Source: Camelus ferus (Eukaryota). Taken from it: a DNA stretch of 64,000 nucleotides. The translations under genes were made by a program, and so were the position numbers. The first letter of the stretch is position 1. Every line of letters begins with the position of its first letter. Positions 11,911 to 24,469 of this stretch are shown in pieces. The notes beneath the pieces are model-generated. The model did not search any database. It saw only the letters and a program-made list of their open reading frames with translations, and had not been told where the DNA came from. The stretch spans positions 8,682,001 through 8,746,000 of the forward strand of contig NC_045698.1 of assembly GCF_009834535.1 (NCBI RefSeq), in the 5' to 3' direction.

Positions 11911-14900
11911 TAAAACAACACAAAAAACTCCATAATTTTGTAAAGAAATTCCGGTTATATGATGACAGATGGTATAGGAATACTGGTTTGTGTTCCACTG
12001 TCTAAACTGGACCAAATATTTATCATGTACTCACCTACACAATGGGTGACCACTATTGTCAATGCAGAGCATCAGGAAAGGACAGGTTGCCCCAAATCTG
12101 AAACAGGCAATGCACCTGGAGTGGAAATGTCACTGTCAGCATGGAAGAAAAGATGAGAAAATATACTTAGTGTGGAGGTGGGGATGAGGAATGTGTAGGC
12201 ATGGAGGAATTGTAAAAGCAAAGGTACGTGTACTTATGCTTTAGTTGCTGACAATTGGCAACCTGAACATTAGGGATGGTATTCTCTATTATGAATACAT
12301 ACAAGTTTTATTTCCTGACATGCTGAACTCACATAATTGGATAATACAGTCATAAATTTCTCTTCAGATTCATCAGCACAAAATTAATAAGCATGGCTAC
12401 ACGGTGCCTTGTATATATTCCCTACGTCTTTCTTCCTGAAAATGCTGAGGGGAGTTTTTTTTCTTTTTTTCTTTTTTCTTTAAAAATTTGTATTGTGTAG
12501 TGAAATGTAGAATTAAATGTCTAACTTGAGATTGGATTTAATAAAAAAAAAGAGTAGCAGTGTTTCAGATAGACTCAAATGTGTGTTAAAATTTTTTATT
12601 TTATTCGCTTGTGTATAGCTGTATCTTATGAAACCTGACTTTTTAAAAATTAAACTCAGATTCCAAACTACGAAACTATACACAGCAAATTTTCTTTCTC
12701 CGCTTCTTTGCTTCTATTACTCCCCAGGGTGATCTTTTTCTCTTCCCCAGTAAGCCAACTTCCATTGCTGGCCAAAATATGATCCATCAAAACTTACCGT
12801 CTTTCTGTGTTACTGCTTAGCTTCATTGCTCTGTTCATTTTCACAAGCTCCTGCCAAACCTGCCCCTTTTTATATTTTTTATACTTTTTTCTCCAGAGGC
12901 TACTTTCTCTCTTTCTTATATCTTGCACTGAGTTTTTATTTTGGGAAAAAAAAAAAAAAAAGCACATTCTGTCTTTTTACCCATCAGGAGGAAGATGGAA
13001 CTTTAATGTATATTTTAAAGTGTTGCCAATTCACTTTACTAATCTCTGAAAACCATCCACTCATTGTCACCTGGACAGTGAGATCCCTGACATGCTTTTT
13101 CTGATAACAGTCAGTATTTGATGGTTTAATTAGATTGTGGCTATCTCATGAGACCCTTTGTTAGCTTCAGAAGTTTAGACTTAGAAGTACACCGTTAGAG
13201 TTGGGCGCCATTTTGTATTTCCTTCTCTAATGTCTGTGTGATGACTGCTTTCCCTGTCGTCTTATTTTCTTATAATGTTGGTACTCGCCCCAGGGTTTCA
13301 CATGGGATCTATGCAACCTTAATACTCATTGGGTCTGAAAGTTTTAGCTATAGGGATGATCCAAACTATTCGGTGCAACATATCTGGAAAGACCTTGATT
13401 CTTGTAGTGAAGGTCATTAAATGCTAGGAGATGACAAGAAGTTTGGAGAGAAATTTCCATCATGACAGACAGATATTGTGGAGGCAAGCAGATTGATTCT
13501 CTCTCTCATAACTCTGTTCCAAATGACACTGCATCTCTCACCCAAGAATAATGATTTCTAGGTGTTTATGGCTTGAAAAGGAGGATAAGTTGATGATGAT
13601 TGTAGATGTATTTAATTACATGCACTGATTAGATAAGTTTGGGGCCTCCAAATGAGCAAAATAACATCTTTAAGTTACTGTCAGGCCATTGATCTGAAGT
13701 CTTCCATTTTGCAGATAATTCAGAACTCTCCCGACTGTAACTTTGGAAAGAGGGATCCTGGAAAGACTAACAGGTAATTATGTTTTGCCAGGTGTGCTTT
13801 GGAATGTAACTATTTTAATTCTTATGATTGATTGAAGCTATGGCTTAATGCAGAATGATTGATTTTCATGTTTATTTCCCTCATTCCTTCTTTTTCTACA
13901 GACCAAGCAGCGGGACCCACACCTGACCACACTGCTGATTTAAACTGGAGCGAGAAGTGAGAGCTTTGCCCTGAAGGAACCTGCTCATATTGCATATTAT
14001 CTTGACAGTTAAGTGTTAATACAAGGCCATATTATGAAAGGCAACTGAAAAATGACACATGACAAGCTTCCTAGTGCAGCTGTAGCGGTATTTACACAAG
14101 AAAGGAAAATCAAAGTGATGTGTATGTCAGTTTTTAAGAACACAGTGATTCTTATGGAAAAAATAATATGAAAAGTTAAGACTTAAAAAGAAAACTCTAC
14201 AGTAAAGATATAAATAAATGGTTCTGTTTTGGGACAAACTGAAGAGGATTCCCAGTTTAGTGAAATTAGGAGCTGATGGATGCTGTGTGATTAAAGTTCC
14301 ACTATGGGTAATAATTTAGAAATAAAGCATGATTTCCACTACTTTATAAACTCTAATCATCATGGGATACCTTGACTCATAATGTACATCAAAGTATGGA
14401 AAAGTAGAAAGTATTTTAAGGGGAAACTCCTTCTCATTATTAATATGAAGAGGATGGTGACCAATGAATCATTGGAAGAAAAATGATCACTATCTACGTA
14501 TTTCATCTGCTGCTTTAAGTAGCAGGACTTCCTCAGGAGAGGAAGGTAAGGCCACGGGCAATCCAGGACACAGGAAAAATAAAATAAGACAATTTCTCAG
14601 ATCAGATTTATCAAAGGATGATGTATTCTTGCCTCTGTAGGAAAACATGCGTTTTCTTGTACTTGGTGGGCTGACTTGGGGAATCAGAAGTAAGGTGGCT
14701 GCTAAAAACAAGTATGATGTTCCATGGGACCAATTCTGCATGTCCCTGTGCAGTGAGCAACAAGCAGCCCCAGGAGAAGCTCAGACATGGAAAGTCACAG
14801 CTGCAGGATGGAAGGAGCAGTTGAGGGAATACCTCTATAGAATTTGAGCAAATAGCCAATTTCTAAATCCATAAAGTATGAAAATCAGAGAAAAAAGAAT

Positions 14901-15349
14901 TTAGTCCAGGCTCCAGACAATGAGAAACAAATGATGTTTTTTTCTACAGAGAAATTATTTATTTTTAATATGTTTCAGAATATTAATTCACAAGAGGGGG
15001 GTTCTCAAAATGATAACAATGACCTGATATCATGTCACAAGTAATTTGTTATTAATAATATATGAAGCCATAATATTAACAAGTAATATTTTAATAAATC
15101 AGTGGAATCAAGAGAGTTCCAAAGTTTTGGTGATATTTGTGGAAGGGGCAACACAAATGTGGAGTTTGTGTGTAATTTTGCAAGGTTTGTATCCATGGAA
15201 GTGTGTAGTATAGGTTGACATTGCATGTCATGTGTCCTACAGAAGCTAAGTGAACAAGTTTACAAATTCCTACATTCGGGGAGTGGGAATAATAGCATAT
15301 TAAAATTATGCACCAGTGAGGTTTTGAGAGTTAAGAAGACAGGAACCTG

Positions 15350-15735
15350 TGTGAGAATAGAGATGAAATGTATCTAAGGGAAATACAGGTGTTGGTATTT
15401 CTGAACGGTGCGTGTGAGGAGGAAGAGACATGGCTGTGCATTTAAAGGGAAGAAGAAATTGCCCGCTCCTTTCCTCCTTTGTCCCCTCCTGTGTGCTGAA
15501 GTGACATGGCATTGGTCAACCTTGAATCATGGGGATGACTCTAAAGACTGCCAAACACTTTTCTGGGTCAGAAGAGACCAGGATCCTTTGATGACCTGAT
15601 AAAACAGAACTGCTGTGTCACACTGGACCTCAAGATTAAAGTCTGAGACAGGTACATACGGTTCTACCTAGTTTAAACAATTGCTAATTTGGGTTCTTGT
15701 TATAGTAGCATCTGAACTTATGTCTTAACTAATGT
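15350..15735 (+). mobile_element. Old MLT1 (J/K-like) LTR
   Basis: 'ggatcctttgatgacc', 'gtttaaac...tttgggttcttgttatagtagc...cttaactaat' terminus. Confidence 0.65.
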
Positions 15736-15880
15736 GGCATTTATCTTTTAAACAATTCCAAGATTCTGTCTTTTTCTAAATTTATAGCTTTCCTGAGGAC
15801 CCAGGTTATAGAGAGAAGGCTTTTATCCAGCTGTTGGCAGCTTTATTGTTCTCTTATCTCTAGCTGACATCATGCAAGAA

Positions 15881-15883
<3 letters not shown>

Positions 15884-15912
<29 letters not shown>
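15884..15912. repeat. Poly(A)29 tract
   Basis: Seen directly. Confidence 0.95.
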
Positions 15913-15914
<2 letters not shown>

Positions 15915-16272
15915 CAGGGAAAGACCAAAATCCTTCAAAAATTCAACTCCCTCATCCAGCTACTCTTTGGTAGCCCTGTTTTGTATCACCATGGAAATTC
16001 CAGTGAAAATAAATGGAATATTATTGAAGACACTTGAAGATGGATGTGGCAAATGTAAATCTGAGCCAACATGAGCATGAAAGGAGGGCTCAGTGGATAG
16101 GCATACAGGAAGTAGGAGGTCCACATTGTAGGTGGACTGCAAATCTCTGGGATGGGCTGAGCTTTCTAAGCAGATACCAAGGAGAGAAGAACACATGGAG
16201 GAGTGAGCCCTTCAGACTGTGCTGAATTTTTAGACAGAAGAAAAAAGAAAAGTAAATCCAGAAGTAAGAGGT

Positions 16273-16692
16273 TGTTAAAAATTCAGTAAAAATTAAAACG
16301 AGGCCAGTAAAATAGTATTTAGTAAGAGTTTATTGTGCATGAAAGAACAGCTCAAGAACTGGGAGTTTTCAGATTCAAAACTGAGATGAAGCTCAGGGCA
16401 TGACATTACAGGATGGCTTATAAAGTGAAAGTAAGGAAGTTGCTGAAACTTTATTATGATCTGATGACAGGAACTTCCAGATAGCAGGGGATTAGTTAAA
16501 AGTAATTATACCATTTTAGGAAGATGACGTAAGTTCTGTTGTGGTTATCAGAGGCATGTACAATAAACAACCTATGTTAAGTTTTGCTTGTGTTCATGAA
16601 ATAAGTTAGATACAGTTTTGCTCACGTGGCTTAAATGGTTTTGTCTGCTTGGGGATCTTCAAACCTGGTCTATATTTTGTTTTATTTTAACA
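16273..16692 (-). mobile_element. ERV1-class solo LTR (MER4-group-like)
   Basis: Inverted termini TGTTAAAA...TTTTAACA; perfect 4-bp TSD AGGT (16269-16272 and 16693-16696); AATAAA on the minus strand near 16329. Confidence 0.85.
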
Positions 16693-16869
16693 AGGTATAT
16701 TAGTGTGTTCTGGTATCACACAATAAGGGAAAAAATTGAAGAATGAGTAGCACAGAAAGAAAGGAGAAAGAAATGAATAAAAAGACTATAAAGCTAGTAA
16801 AACACAATGACTTTATGAAAAGGATCGGCTTGTGTGAAATTAATCATGTTCAGCGATGTGTGCACCTAG

Positions 16870-17430
16870 TGTCCAGATCTTGGTTTCTAAAGACCCATTT
16901 CTAATACAAGAGGGAAGAGCTTCTTGGAGAGACAGGGATGAGGGAAGGAAAATATAATTTAGAGTGTCTTGTGGTACCAGAAAGTAAGAATGTGCTTTCA
17001 AAAAAGGGGGGGAGGGGAGTGAGAAAGGAGACAATAAAGATGGGCATGTCCAAAGAACATAAGAAAATGCCTGGAAGGAAAAACCAAGGGCTAAGCCTGG
17101 AAGCAAAATAATGATAGTATTTGGATTTTAGCCCTCAAAATAAAATAAATATTCCTGAGTGTATTATGATATAAATTAATGATTGAATGAATAAATAAGG
17201 AAATAAATAGTAGAAAAGGAATAGCTCTTCCTCACCAGAGAATCCATTCAATAAATGTAGAAAGAATAAGGGAAACAGAATATCATGAGAATATCACGAT
17301 AGTTGTGGCAGGGAGGACCTCCTGATGAATGCGAAGATTACTAGGCTAAATTTTAGTGAGAAACAGAATGTTTGTATAGACTCAGAGGAGCTTCCACAAA
17401 ATATTTATTCATTATTGTGATGGTTTTAAT
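16870..17430 (+). mobile_element. Old L1 (L1MC/MD-like) 3'UTR fragment
   Basis: GTGGTACCAGAAAGTAAG..GGGCATGTC..CTGGAAGCAAAATAATGATAGTATTTGGATT motifs. Confidence 0.65.
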
Positions 17431-17554
17431 ATATGTCACTTTTTTCCTACATCAAATATTCTATTAGTAGTGAAAATTACTTTAGTAATCAAGCAAAATT
17501 AAGATAATTCTATCTTTAAATTCACTATGAATAATAGTTTAAAAGCATATAACA

Positions 17555-17679
17555 AATGGAAAAAATGTGAAAACGGGTATATGTGTGTATATGCAGGACT
17601 GGGACGTTGTGCTGTACACCAGCAATTGACACATTGTAACTGACTGTACTTTAAGAAAATAAATTAAAAAATTTTAAGC
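17555..17679 (+). mobile_element. Short lineage-specific L1 3' end
   Basis: GCTGTACACCAGCAATTGACACATTGTAACTGACTGTAC; candidate TSD AAGCATATAACA (17543-17554) / AAGGATATAACA (17680-17691). Confidence 0.85.
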
Positions 17680-19056
17680 AAGGATATAACAGATTTTCCT
17701 ATGCAACTCTGTATGTCCAACTGATTATTTTTAGTCTATCATTCCCAAACAAAATCACTGTGGAAAAATCTATCTTATGTCTGCGACAGAGCAAGGGGAG
17801 ATTTCACATTTCAAGTAAAAATCATATCATGTTGGAATAACTCAATAAATTAGTTCATTTAGTTCATTAGCTACACCAAAGCAGACCTCTTTTTTTATTT
17901 TTACATTGAAAAATACTCATAGTGTGCTTTCTTTAAAAACATCTGTTGGATATATTTTTGAAAGTTAAATGGCTTCAGTCAGTTATATATATGCCACTTA
18001 CTTTATTCTTTTCAAGGATATTAGATGACTCAGAAGAAAATCTACTGACTCACATATGAGCCGGGTATAAAAAGCTCAGCGCTTTAACAAATACTGAATA
18101 GAAAGTTATGTGGTTAAATGTAATGAGTGCTTATGAATTTCTATTGCTTGGTCACATGCTCTTTTCAATATAAGAATAAAAGATGCATAACTAATTTTGT
18201 AATAAGAAAAAACATTTTATTCCATATAACTAGAGTGCTTTTTGCTGAAGAGTTGTATGTAGGCACACATATCATTTAGCACATTGAATACAAACTGTCC
18301 AATTTTACACACTTCATTTATAGATCTGAGAAACGATAGATATTTAAGATGTTGTAAAATAGATTAAAGTGATGCACTAGAATCATGGTATTTTAAAAAA
18401 GTGGCCAAAGAAACTTAGGGCTCGTTTAGTTTACTTAAAAATTGTAAACTGTACTAATGAGGGTATCTGAGCCTGCAAGAAAAAAGGAGATGAAATGGAA
18501 GAGATGTTTAAAGTCGTGTCGAGAGTTTATATGTGTAAAATACGTGGCCTTCTAGCCTTTGTCTCTTTTCATCACACTCTTCAGTCATTCCTAACGTACT
18601 AATTATTCCCAATAGTATATATTTTTTAAAGGGTGTGTGTTCCAATGTCAGTTTATAACACACTGGGGCTGACTCTCCGTGAAAGTATATGATCTACTCT
18701 TAGTGAAAGTACTTGGCTAGATACCAATCTGAAATAACAGAACAAGGTCTACATATCTATAATATTCAAGCTATGCTACTTTAAAAATACATAAAGTGGA
18801 ATAAGTGCGTAAACACATGTGTGATAAAATATTTCACTACTGCTTTTACATCCATTATTAAAATACCAACAACTATTTAGCTTTATTAATAAATACTATT
18901 TATATATTTTCAAATAATAAAAAATAAAATTTTATTTTTTTTCTCTTTATATTAGCAAGACATAAAACCAATCACACCACTGGAAAAATAAATATACACA
19001 GGTTTGGTGTCAGATGGTAGAAAAGCTTCTATGAACTTGCTATAATTGAATTTTAT

Positions 19057-19111
19057 TTTTATTTTGGAGGTAGGTAATTAAGTTTATTTATTTTTAGTGG
19101 AGGTCCTGGGA
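19057..19111 (-). mobile_element. 5'-truncated Vic-1-type SINE (tail only)
   Basis: Reverse strand CCCAGGACCTCCACTAAAAATAAATAAACTTAATTACCT..AAAA; 9-bp TSD GAATTTTAT at 19048-19056 and 19112-19120. Confidence 0.75.
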
Positions 19112-20620
19112 GAATTTTATAATAGGTTATGCAAGGCTGCAACCACCACCCACTTCACTGACTGTAAGTGAACCTCAGTAAAGAGTGATTTTTTTCTTTT
19201 CTACTGTTGTGACACCATTGCTTACAAGTAACTTCAAATATATTTGCCGGTTACAGTGCTTTCTATTCTTCCATCGTCTTTTTGAAGCAATACGCAGTAG
19301 ACCTTGTTTGTGAAGTCATTGTCAGAGACGCAAATCCTGGGGGAGTCTTGCTGGGCTTAGGACCCAGCTGCGCTCTGCTTAATTGAATCAGGAACTTACA
19401 AATGTATGTAGTTAATTGGGGCATGGAAAGAGAGGCATGTCTTTTTGTCTGCAACCTGTGTAAGTAAATCTTGAGCTATGAAAATATTTTTGAACGGCTG
19501 GCTTTGCTCCACCACAAACTCCCCAGCATCTGTGGCCTCATAAGATGGAGGCAAAGAGAACAAGGAGGAGAGACCAGAAGGAAAAGAAAACAGATGAAAG
19601 AAAAGGAACATGTTCAAGAGAAGACTGTTCTTGTTCAGGGGAGGAGCAAAATTTGCCAGAAGTAATTTAGATTTCTCTCCACACCTACTGCCTTGAAGTC
19701 ATAAATTAAAAAGCAAACAAAATAGTAGTTTTGGGTTAGTTTGCTTTTTATGGTTGATTCAAGGTTACCCAGTATTGGATGTTAAACAGATCTGTTCATA
19801 TGCTCATGAATTTAAGGAGAATTTAGACATATTGGAAATATTTACAAAGCTCCTAAATGAATCCAAAATCATTTCCATAAATAATTTTTATGTAAAGTAT
19901 ATAAATGGCATTTGGTCCAGGCCAAATTGTGATACTGTTGTCACTTGTCCCCTTGGTCTGGATTCCTGATCTTTGACAAGGATAATTCTGGGAAGGCTGT
20001 GGATTGGAATGATTGACATCAGTAAGCATTCTAGCATCTGTGATTCATTAAAATTTCCAAACAAACAATAGAACATCCTTGTAAGTGTGTTTTTGGGAGA
20101 GGTAAGGGTGAAGTCTTCAGAGAATGACCGGTTTTAGGTAAAATTCCCCCCAAATACTTAAGGAGTAAGACATGTGGGTCCTTGAATGTAGAGATTCATT
20201 TGCTGGGTTGCTATGTGCTCCATTATGTTGCTCTTGATTGGTTCTGTAGGGGTTAATTTTGAGGTCAGACATCTGCCGAGCATTGGTTTTCCTGGCATTA
20301 ACATGCTCCTTCATGGTATAACTGAGTTGATGCTAAGAAGTTGCCTTGTCAAAAGACTAACCCTTACCTCTTTTTCTATTATTGTTGCTTCATTCCTTTG
20401 GGTTGTCAAGGCTAAACCATCTTCAAAAATCTCCTCATTAAAATACACTCTTGGGAGGTGCTTAACTGTCAACTAAATTGGCAGTTAGCTAACTGGAATA
20501 CTTAAAAAAATAGACTGCTAGGCAGAGAAAAGTCTATTAAGAGGAAGGAACAAGATGAAAAAAAAAAAAAAAGAAAGAACAAAGAGCATCCTTGCTTGCT
20601 TCGGTTTTCTGAAGTAGCAG

Positions 20621-21036
20621 TGTGTCCGGTGGCTTTCCCCGGAAAGCAGGTTCTGAGATAAAGTACTAGCTGGCAAGAGAGCAAGGGGCTTGTTAGGGAG
20701 TGACTTCAGCTTCAGCATCCCCGGTGGCAGGGAAAGGAAGCAGGGCTGGGCAGAGGGAGACGTACAGGTGCAAAGGAGACTGGCAGAAGCTTTACCCCCG
20801 GCACAGGCCCCTTTGGGGCTGCAGCTGCCTGAAGAGTTGTCCACCCTGGATGAAATGATCGAGCCTTTATAGCCCCACCTCATAAGTCTCTGGATACAGA
20901 TCCGCCCACAAAGGCCAAAACCTTGGGATGGGCAGCCCTGCCGCTGAGGCAGTCCTTGGGGCGTCTCTCAGCTTTGCCAAATCAGTGTCCTTCCTTGTTG
21001 GGAAGTCTGGATGGCACCTCAGCATGTCCTACCACA
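20621..21036 (-). mobile_element. LTR33-like (ERVL) solo LTR
   Basis: TG...CA termini; GGAAGCAGGGCTGGGCAGAGGGAGA, AGAGTTGTCC and GCCTTTATAGCCCC motifs; 5-bp TSD AGCAG/AGCAC. Confidence 0.85.
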
Positions 21037-21114
21037 AGCACAGAAGTTACTTTCCTTGTGTCCTGATAAGTTTCAAAATCTTGAAAACACAGTAAATATT
21101 CAAAAATTATTGCA

Positions 21115-21196
21115 GGGGTCGGGGGGATCGCTCAGTGGTGGAGCGTGTGCTTGCCATGCACGAGGTCCTGGGTTCAAGTACCTCTGTTAAGGGGAA
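21115..21196 (+). mobile_element. Vic-1-type tRNA(Ala)-derived SINE (camelid)
   Basis: GCTCAGTGGTGGAGCGTGTGCTTGCCATGCACGAGGTCCTGGGTTCAA (pol III A and B boxes) then GTACCTC; imperfect TSD AAAAATTATTGCA / AAAAAGTATGGCA. Confidence 0.85.
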
Positions 21197-22879
21197 AAAA
21201 AGTATGGCAAAATGGTTGATTGCTGAAGGAAATGAGGTATAAATGAATGTTCTTGGAAGACTGGGTCAGGGATCCAGAGAGAAATCCAAGGTGGCCAGCT
21301 ACACTGGGAACTTTCCACGCCCGGAAGGCACAACGGTAACACCTCACTGTGAGACGGGAAGGAGGCCACGAATGTAGTTATTCTGTGCAACTGGGCTATT
21401 TCTTCTCAAACATTAGTGGATTTTGTGTTATCGTCCAGTTTCCAAGTGGCTCATGTTCAATAAGAGTCTATTTCCTTTGACCCTGAATCTTGAATCCTGT
21501 TCCCCAGGAAGAAGCACAGTTAAATCCACTCACTGTTTACGTGCATCTGTTCTGACAGCAGTTACAGTGGATAATACAGATTCAATTCTGTTTTCAAATA
21601 CATGTCTTTCACCATTTTCACCTGCATTTTTCAGTTTTTTTCTTATGATGAAAAAGCTAGTGTTTGTTTCTGATCTGATGAATCATTGTTCCTTCAAGAA
21701 AAATATTCTTTTAAAAAATATACTTTTTCCTAGTGCTACATTTGCATCTAGAGGAAAAAAATCCTCATTTTAGGTCTCCTGGTTAAATAATAGGGGTGTG
21801 TGTCTGTGTGTATGTGCGCATGTGCATACATCTTATTTTTTAATAACTTGCTGAGTATGGCTTTTAAACTTTAATCAATGGAATTAAAAAAGTGGAAGTT
21901 ACTGCTTCAGGGTTTGCTTATCCACTCATTTCTTCATGAGCTGCTCAGAACTTTGACATCATAGTCAATAAATATTGCTACAAAGGAATAATACAAGTGT
22001 ACATCTAATTTTGTTTCAGAAAGTGTCACCATATAAGCATGTTGCCTTATCTCGTATCCGAAGGTATTCTATATTTAATCATTTTATTCATATTCCTGGA
22101 AAGCAGTACTGCTAAAAACGTTTTTGGCAGGAAATCACGGAGTCAAAATTTTTGTAGAACGGTATTGCATCATTTACTTTATGAACTTTGCATTCCAAAG
22201 TTCAGGATCATTTTGGATTTCTTTGAAGATCATACAAACACTTCTACTATTTCTAAGTACCTTTTAAGTTAATAAATATATTACAATATCCATTTAAGTT
22301 GCAAAATTGGGGGATGAACTGAAGTACTTTGCCAACATCAGTTTTCCTCTTGCCATCTCTTCCTCTCTCGTTTCTCATTTCAGGAGTCTAACCGAGATGC
22401 TATTGCTAATTAATAACATGCAGTCCGTGTTCCCTCGTGACCTGCTGCTTCTACTTTCTTCCCTGCCCCCAAGATAAACACATATTTTCATGGATATTTA
22501 AATTACAAAATGGAACTAAAAAGAAACAAGATGTGTTTTGTTTTGTTTTGGCAATTCCAGAATCACATCTCTTGGAACCTAGAGAGACTTCCTTCATGGG
22601 TTTAATATAATAAATAATGACTTATGATAAGTAGGTAGTAGTCTGGGTCTAATTAGACCCAGAAGATGCACTGTTTACTGGCAATAGAGAGGGTATCACT
22701 ATTCTTTTGGTTTTTTTCCTTCCTTCCTCTCTCTCTCTATTTTGTTTTGATCTTGGCAAGTTGACTAATGTTTGGGGAACGTTGTGCAAAGTATACAGGT
22801 GAGAAGAGGGTTTCGCTGTAGGAAATACGTGACAATTGTGGAATACTACACTGAAGAATGTCCAGATCCCCAAAAGATA

Positions 22880-22985
22880 CTGTTGAAAGGAAGAGTCTGA
22901 TTTAGTGATTTTGGAGTGGGGCTGGCGGGTCTGCATTTCCACTAAGTCCCCAGATGACGCAGGTGCTTTGAGGAGCAAGGCCACA
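22880..22985. mobile_element. MER5-type (hAT-Charlie) fragment
   Basis: TCTGATTTAGT..TGGAGTGGGGC..TCTGCATTTCCACTAAGTCCCCAGATGA. Confidence 0.7.
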
Positions 22986-23019
22986 GAAAATGGGGAGTGG
23001 GACCAGGTATCCTCTAAGA

Positions 23020-23440
23020 GAAGGGTTCTTGGTTATTAAAAAAATGAATCATGGGCTCCTCTGACAGGTTAATGAAGCCTATGGACCTTTCTCAAAATAA
23101 TGTAATAAAATTCATAAAGTAAATAAAGTTAGAAAAGGAGCAATTATAAACACTAGTTTCAAGCTATTTTAAAACAGCTTGCTATACAGTAATATATGTG
23201 CCTCGTTATTAACACATTAAATACCAAGGCCTGACATTGGATCTGATAACTTCTATAAATTCGAAATATTTTGAAATGTTTGAAGTCCATAGCAGGGTTA
23301 GGCAGTATTTGTGATTGCTATTTGTGACAATCATGAGTACTGCTGAGGCCACTGAGGTTTATTGCCCACTTACATAATTGAAGGAAAAGGCATATTTTAC
23401 TTAGTGCTTAGTGAAAATTAATATGTTAATTTCTTCTAAG
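23020..23440 (+). mobile_element. Charlie4a-like DNA transposon
   Basis: GAAGCCTATGGACCTTTCTCAAAATAATG..AGTAATATATGTGC..TTATTAACACATTAAATA..CATAATTGAAGGAAA. Confidence 0.8.
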
Positions 23441-23859
23441 CAGGCGATCCAAGTTCCTTCCCTGCAGTGAAATTTCACGACTTGTAACCAACACAAACAT
23501 CTGATTCTCTTTATATAATAATTTACAAATTACTAAATACAGAAGGCAAAGCTCAACCTACTTACCGTCTCATCAACGGCTCTTCACTCCTGCTGTTCTA
23601 TCTTTTCATAATTCATTTCTGTAAATTTTTATTGAATACATGACTATGACTTTTTAAATGTAAGTGTCACACGTGGGATATGAAGGCATTAGAACACACG
23701 TGGCATTTAAAAATGTTTAGAGGAGAGTCATGCTAAAAAGAACTACTTATAAAACACTAGTCATCTGTTTTCATAAGTTTTAATTGCTGGAAGGTCTATG
23801 ACTAATCACAGTAAAATCGATACTAATAAAATTGACTGCCAATCTATAGCTCACCTTCA

Positions 23860-24010
23860 CACATGATCTCATTTGATTTTCTAAACCGCACTGGGGAGGA
23901 GAAAGGGCAGGATCACGGCTCTCACCTCACAAATGAGAAAATTCAAATTTGCATATTTGATAATTATTTCACATGTGTAGTTGTGAAGTCAGGGTTCAAA
24001 TCCAGGACAT
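23860..24010 (-). mobile_element. MIR SINE
   Basis: 'atctcatttgatt..acaaatgagaaaatt..gtcagggttcaaatccagg'. Confidence 0.65.
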
Positions 24011-24469
24011 TTTTATACATCTAATTAGCAACTATTCCTTGCTAGCCCCAGCAAAAAAAGACAAACACATGCAAAAGGGCTCGTGGTCTTAGTGGACCCC
24101 GTCCTGGTGGAGCAGAGACAGAGACGGGATCGTTACTGCACGTGTTGATGTATTTACTAGGTGCCGGGCCCTCAGCCAGCCTGCTGGAGCAGGTGGGGGG
24201 ATCAGACACAGTGGCTCTAAATCATCCAGAACAGGGGTGGGCTTGAGTTTTGGGAATTAACTTTATAGTTAATTTAAGAAAATCGTTCTATGCAGGCTTC
24301 ACTGGGTCTGTACCATCTTTCAAACTCCTTGTGTTAATCTTCTTCATCCTCAGAATAAACAGCTCTTCAGCACCAGCTGAGCAAAATGTCTTAGCATAAG
24401 AATCAACCTGAGCATTTGGGATCCCAAATCACTCCTCGTCTTATGCAAAGAATGGAGCGAGCTGAGAAA

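Noticed and set aside
13200..13210. TGGCGCCCAAC on the minus strand, resembling a tRNA-Lys primer binding site
   Set aside because: Only 11 of 18 nt match, with no adjacent LTR or gag; the flank looks L2-like. It could equally be a YY1-like CGCCATTTT motif
21115..21196. Functional tRNA-Ala gene
   Set aside because: T-arm 3' side and acceptor stem are incomplete; SINE-type tail and TSD present
23565..23620. Minus-strand exon candidate with donor ACG|GTAAGT
   Set aside because: Stops in all three frames and a poor polypyrimidine tract; similar isolated donors near 9550 and 12798 are expected by chance
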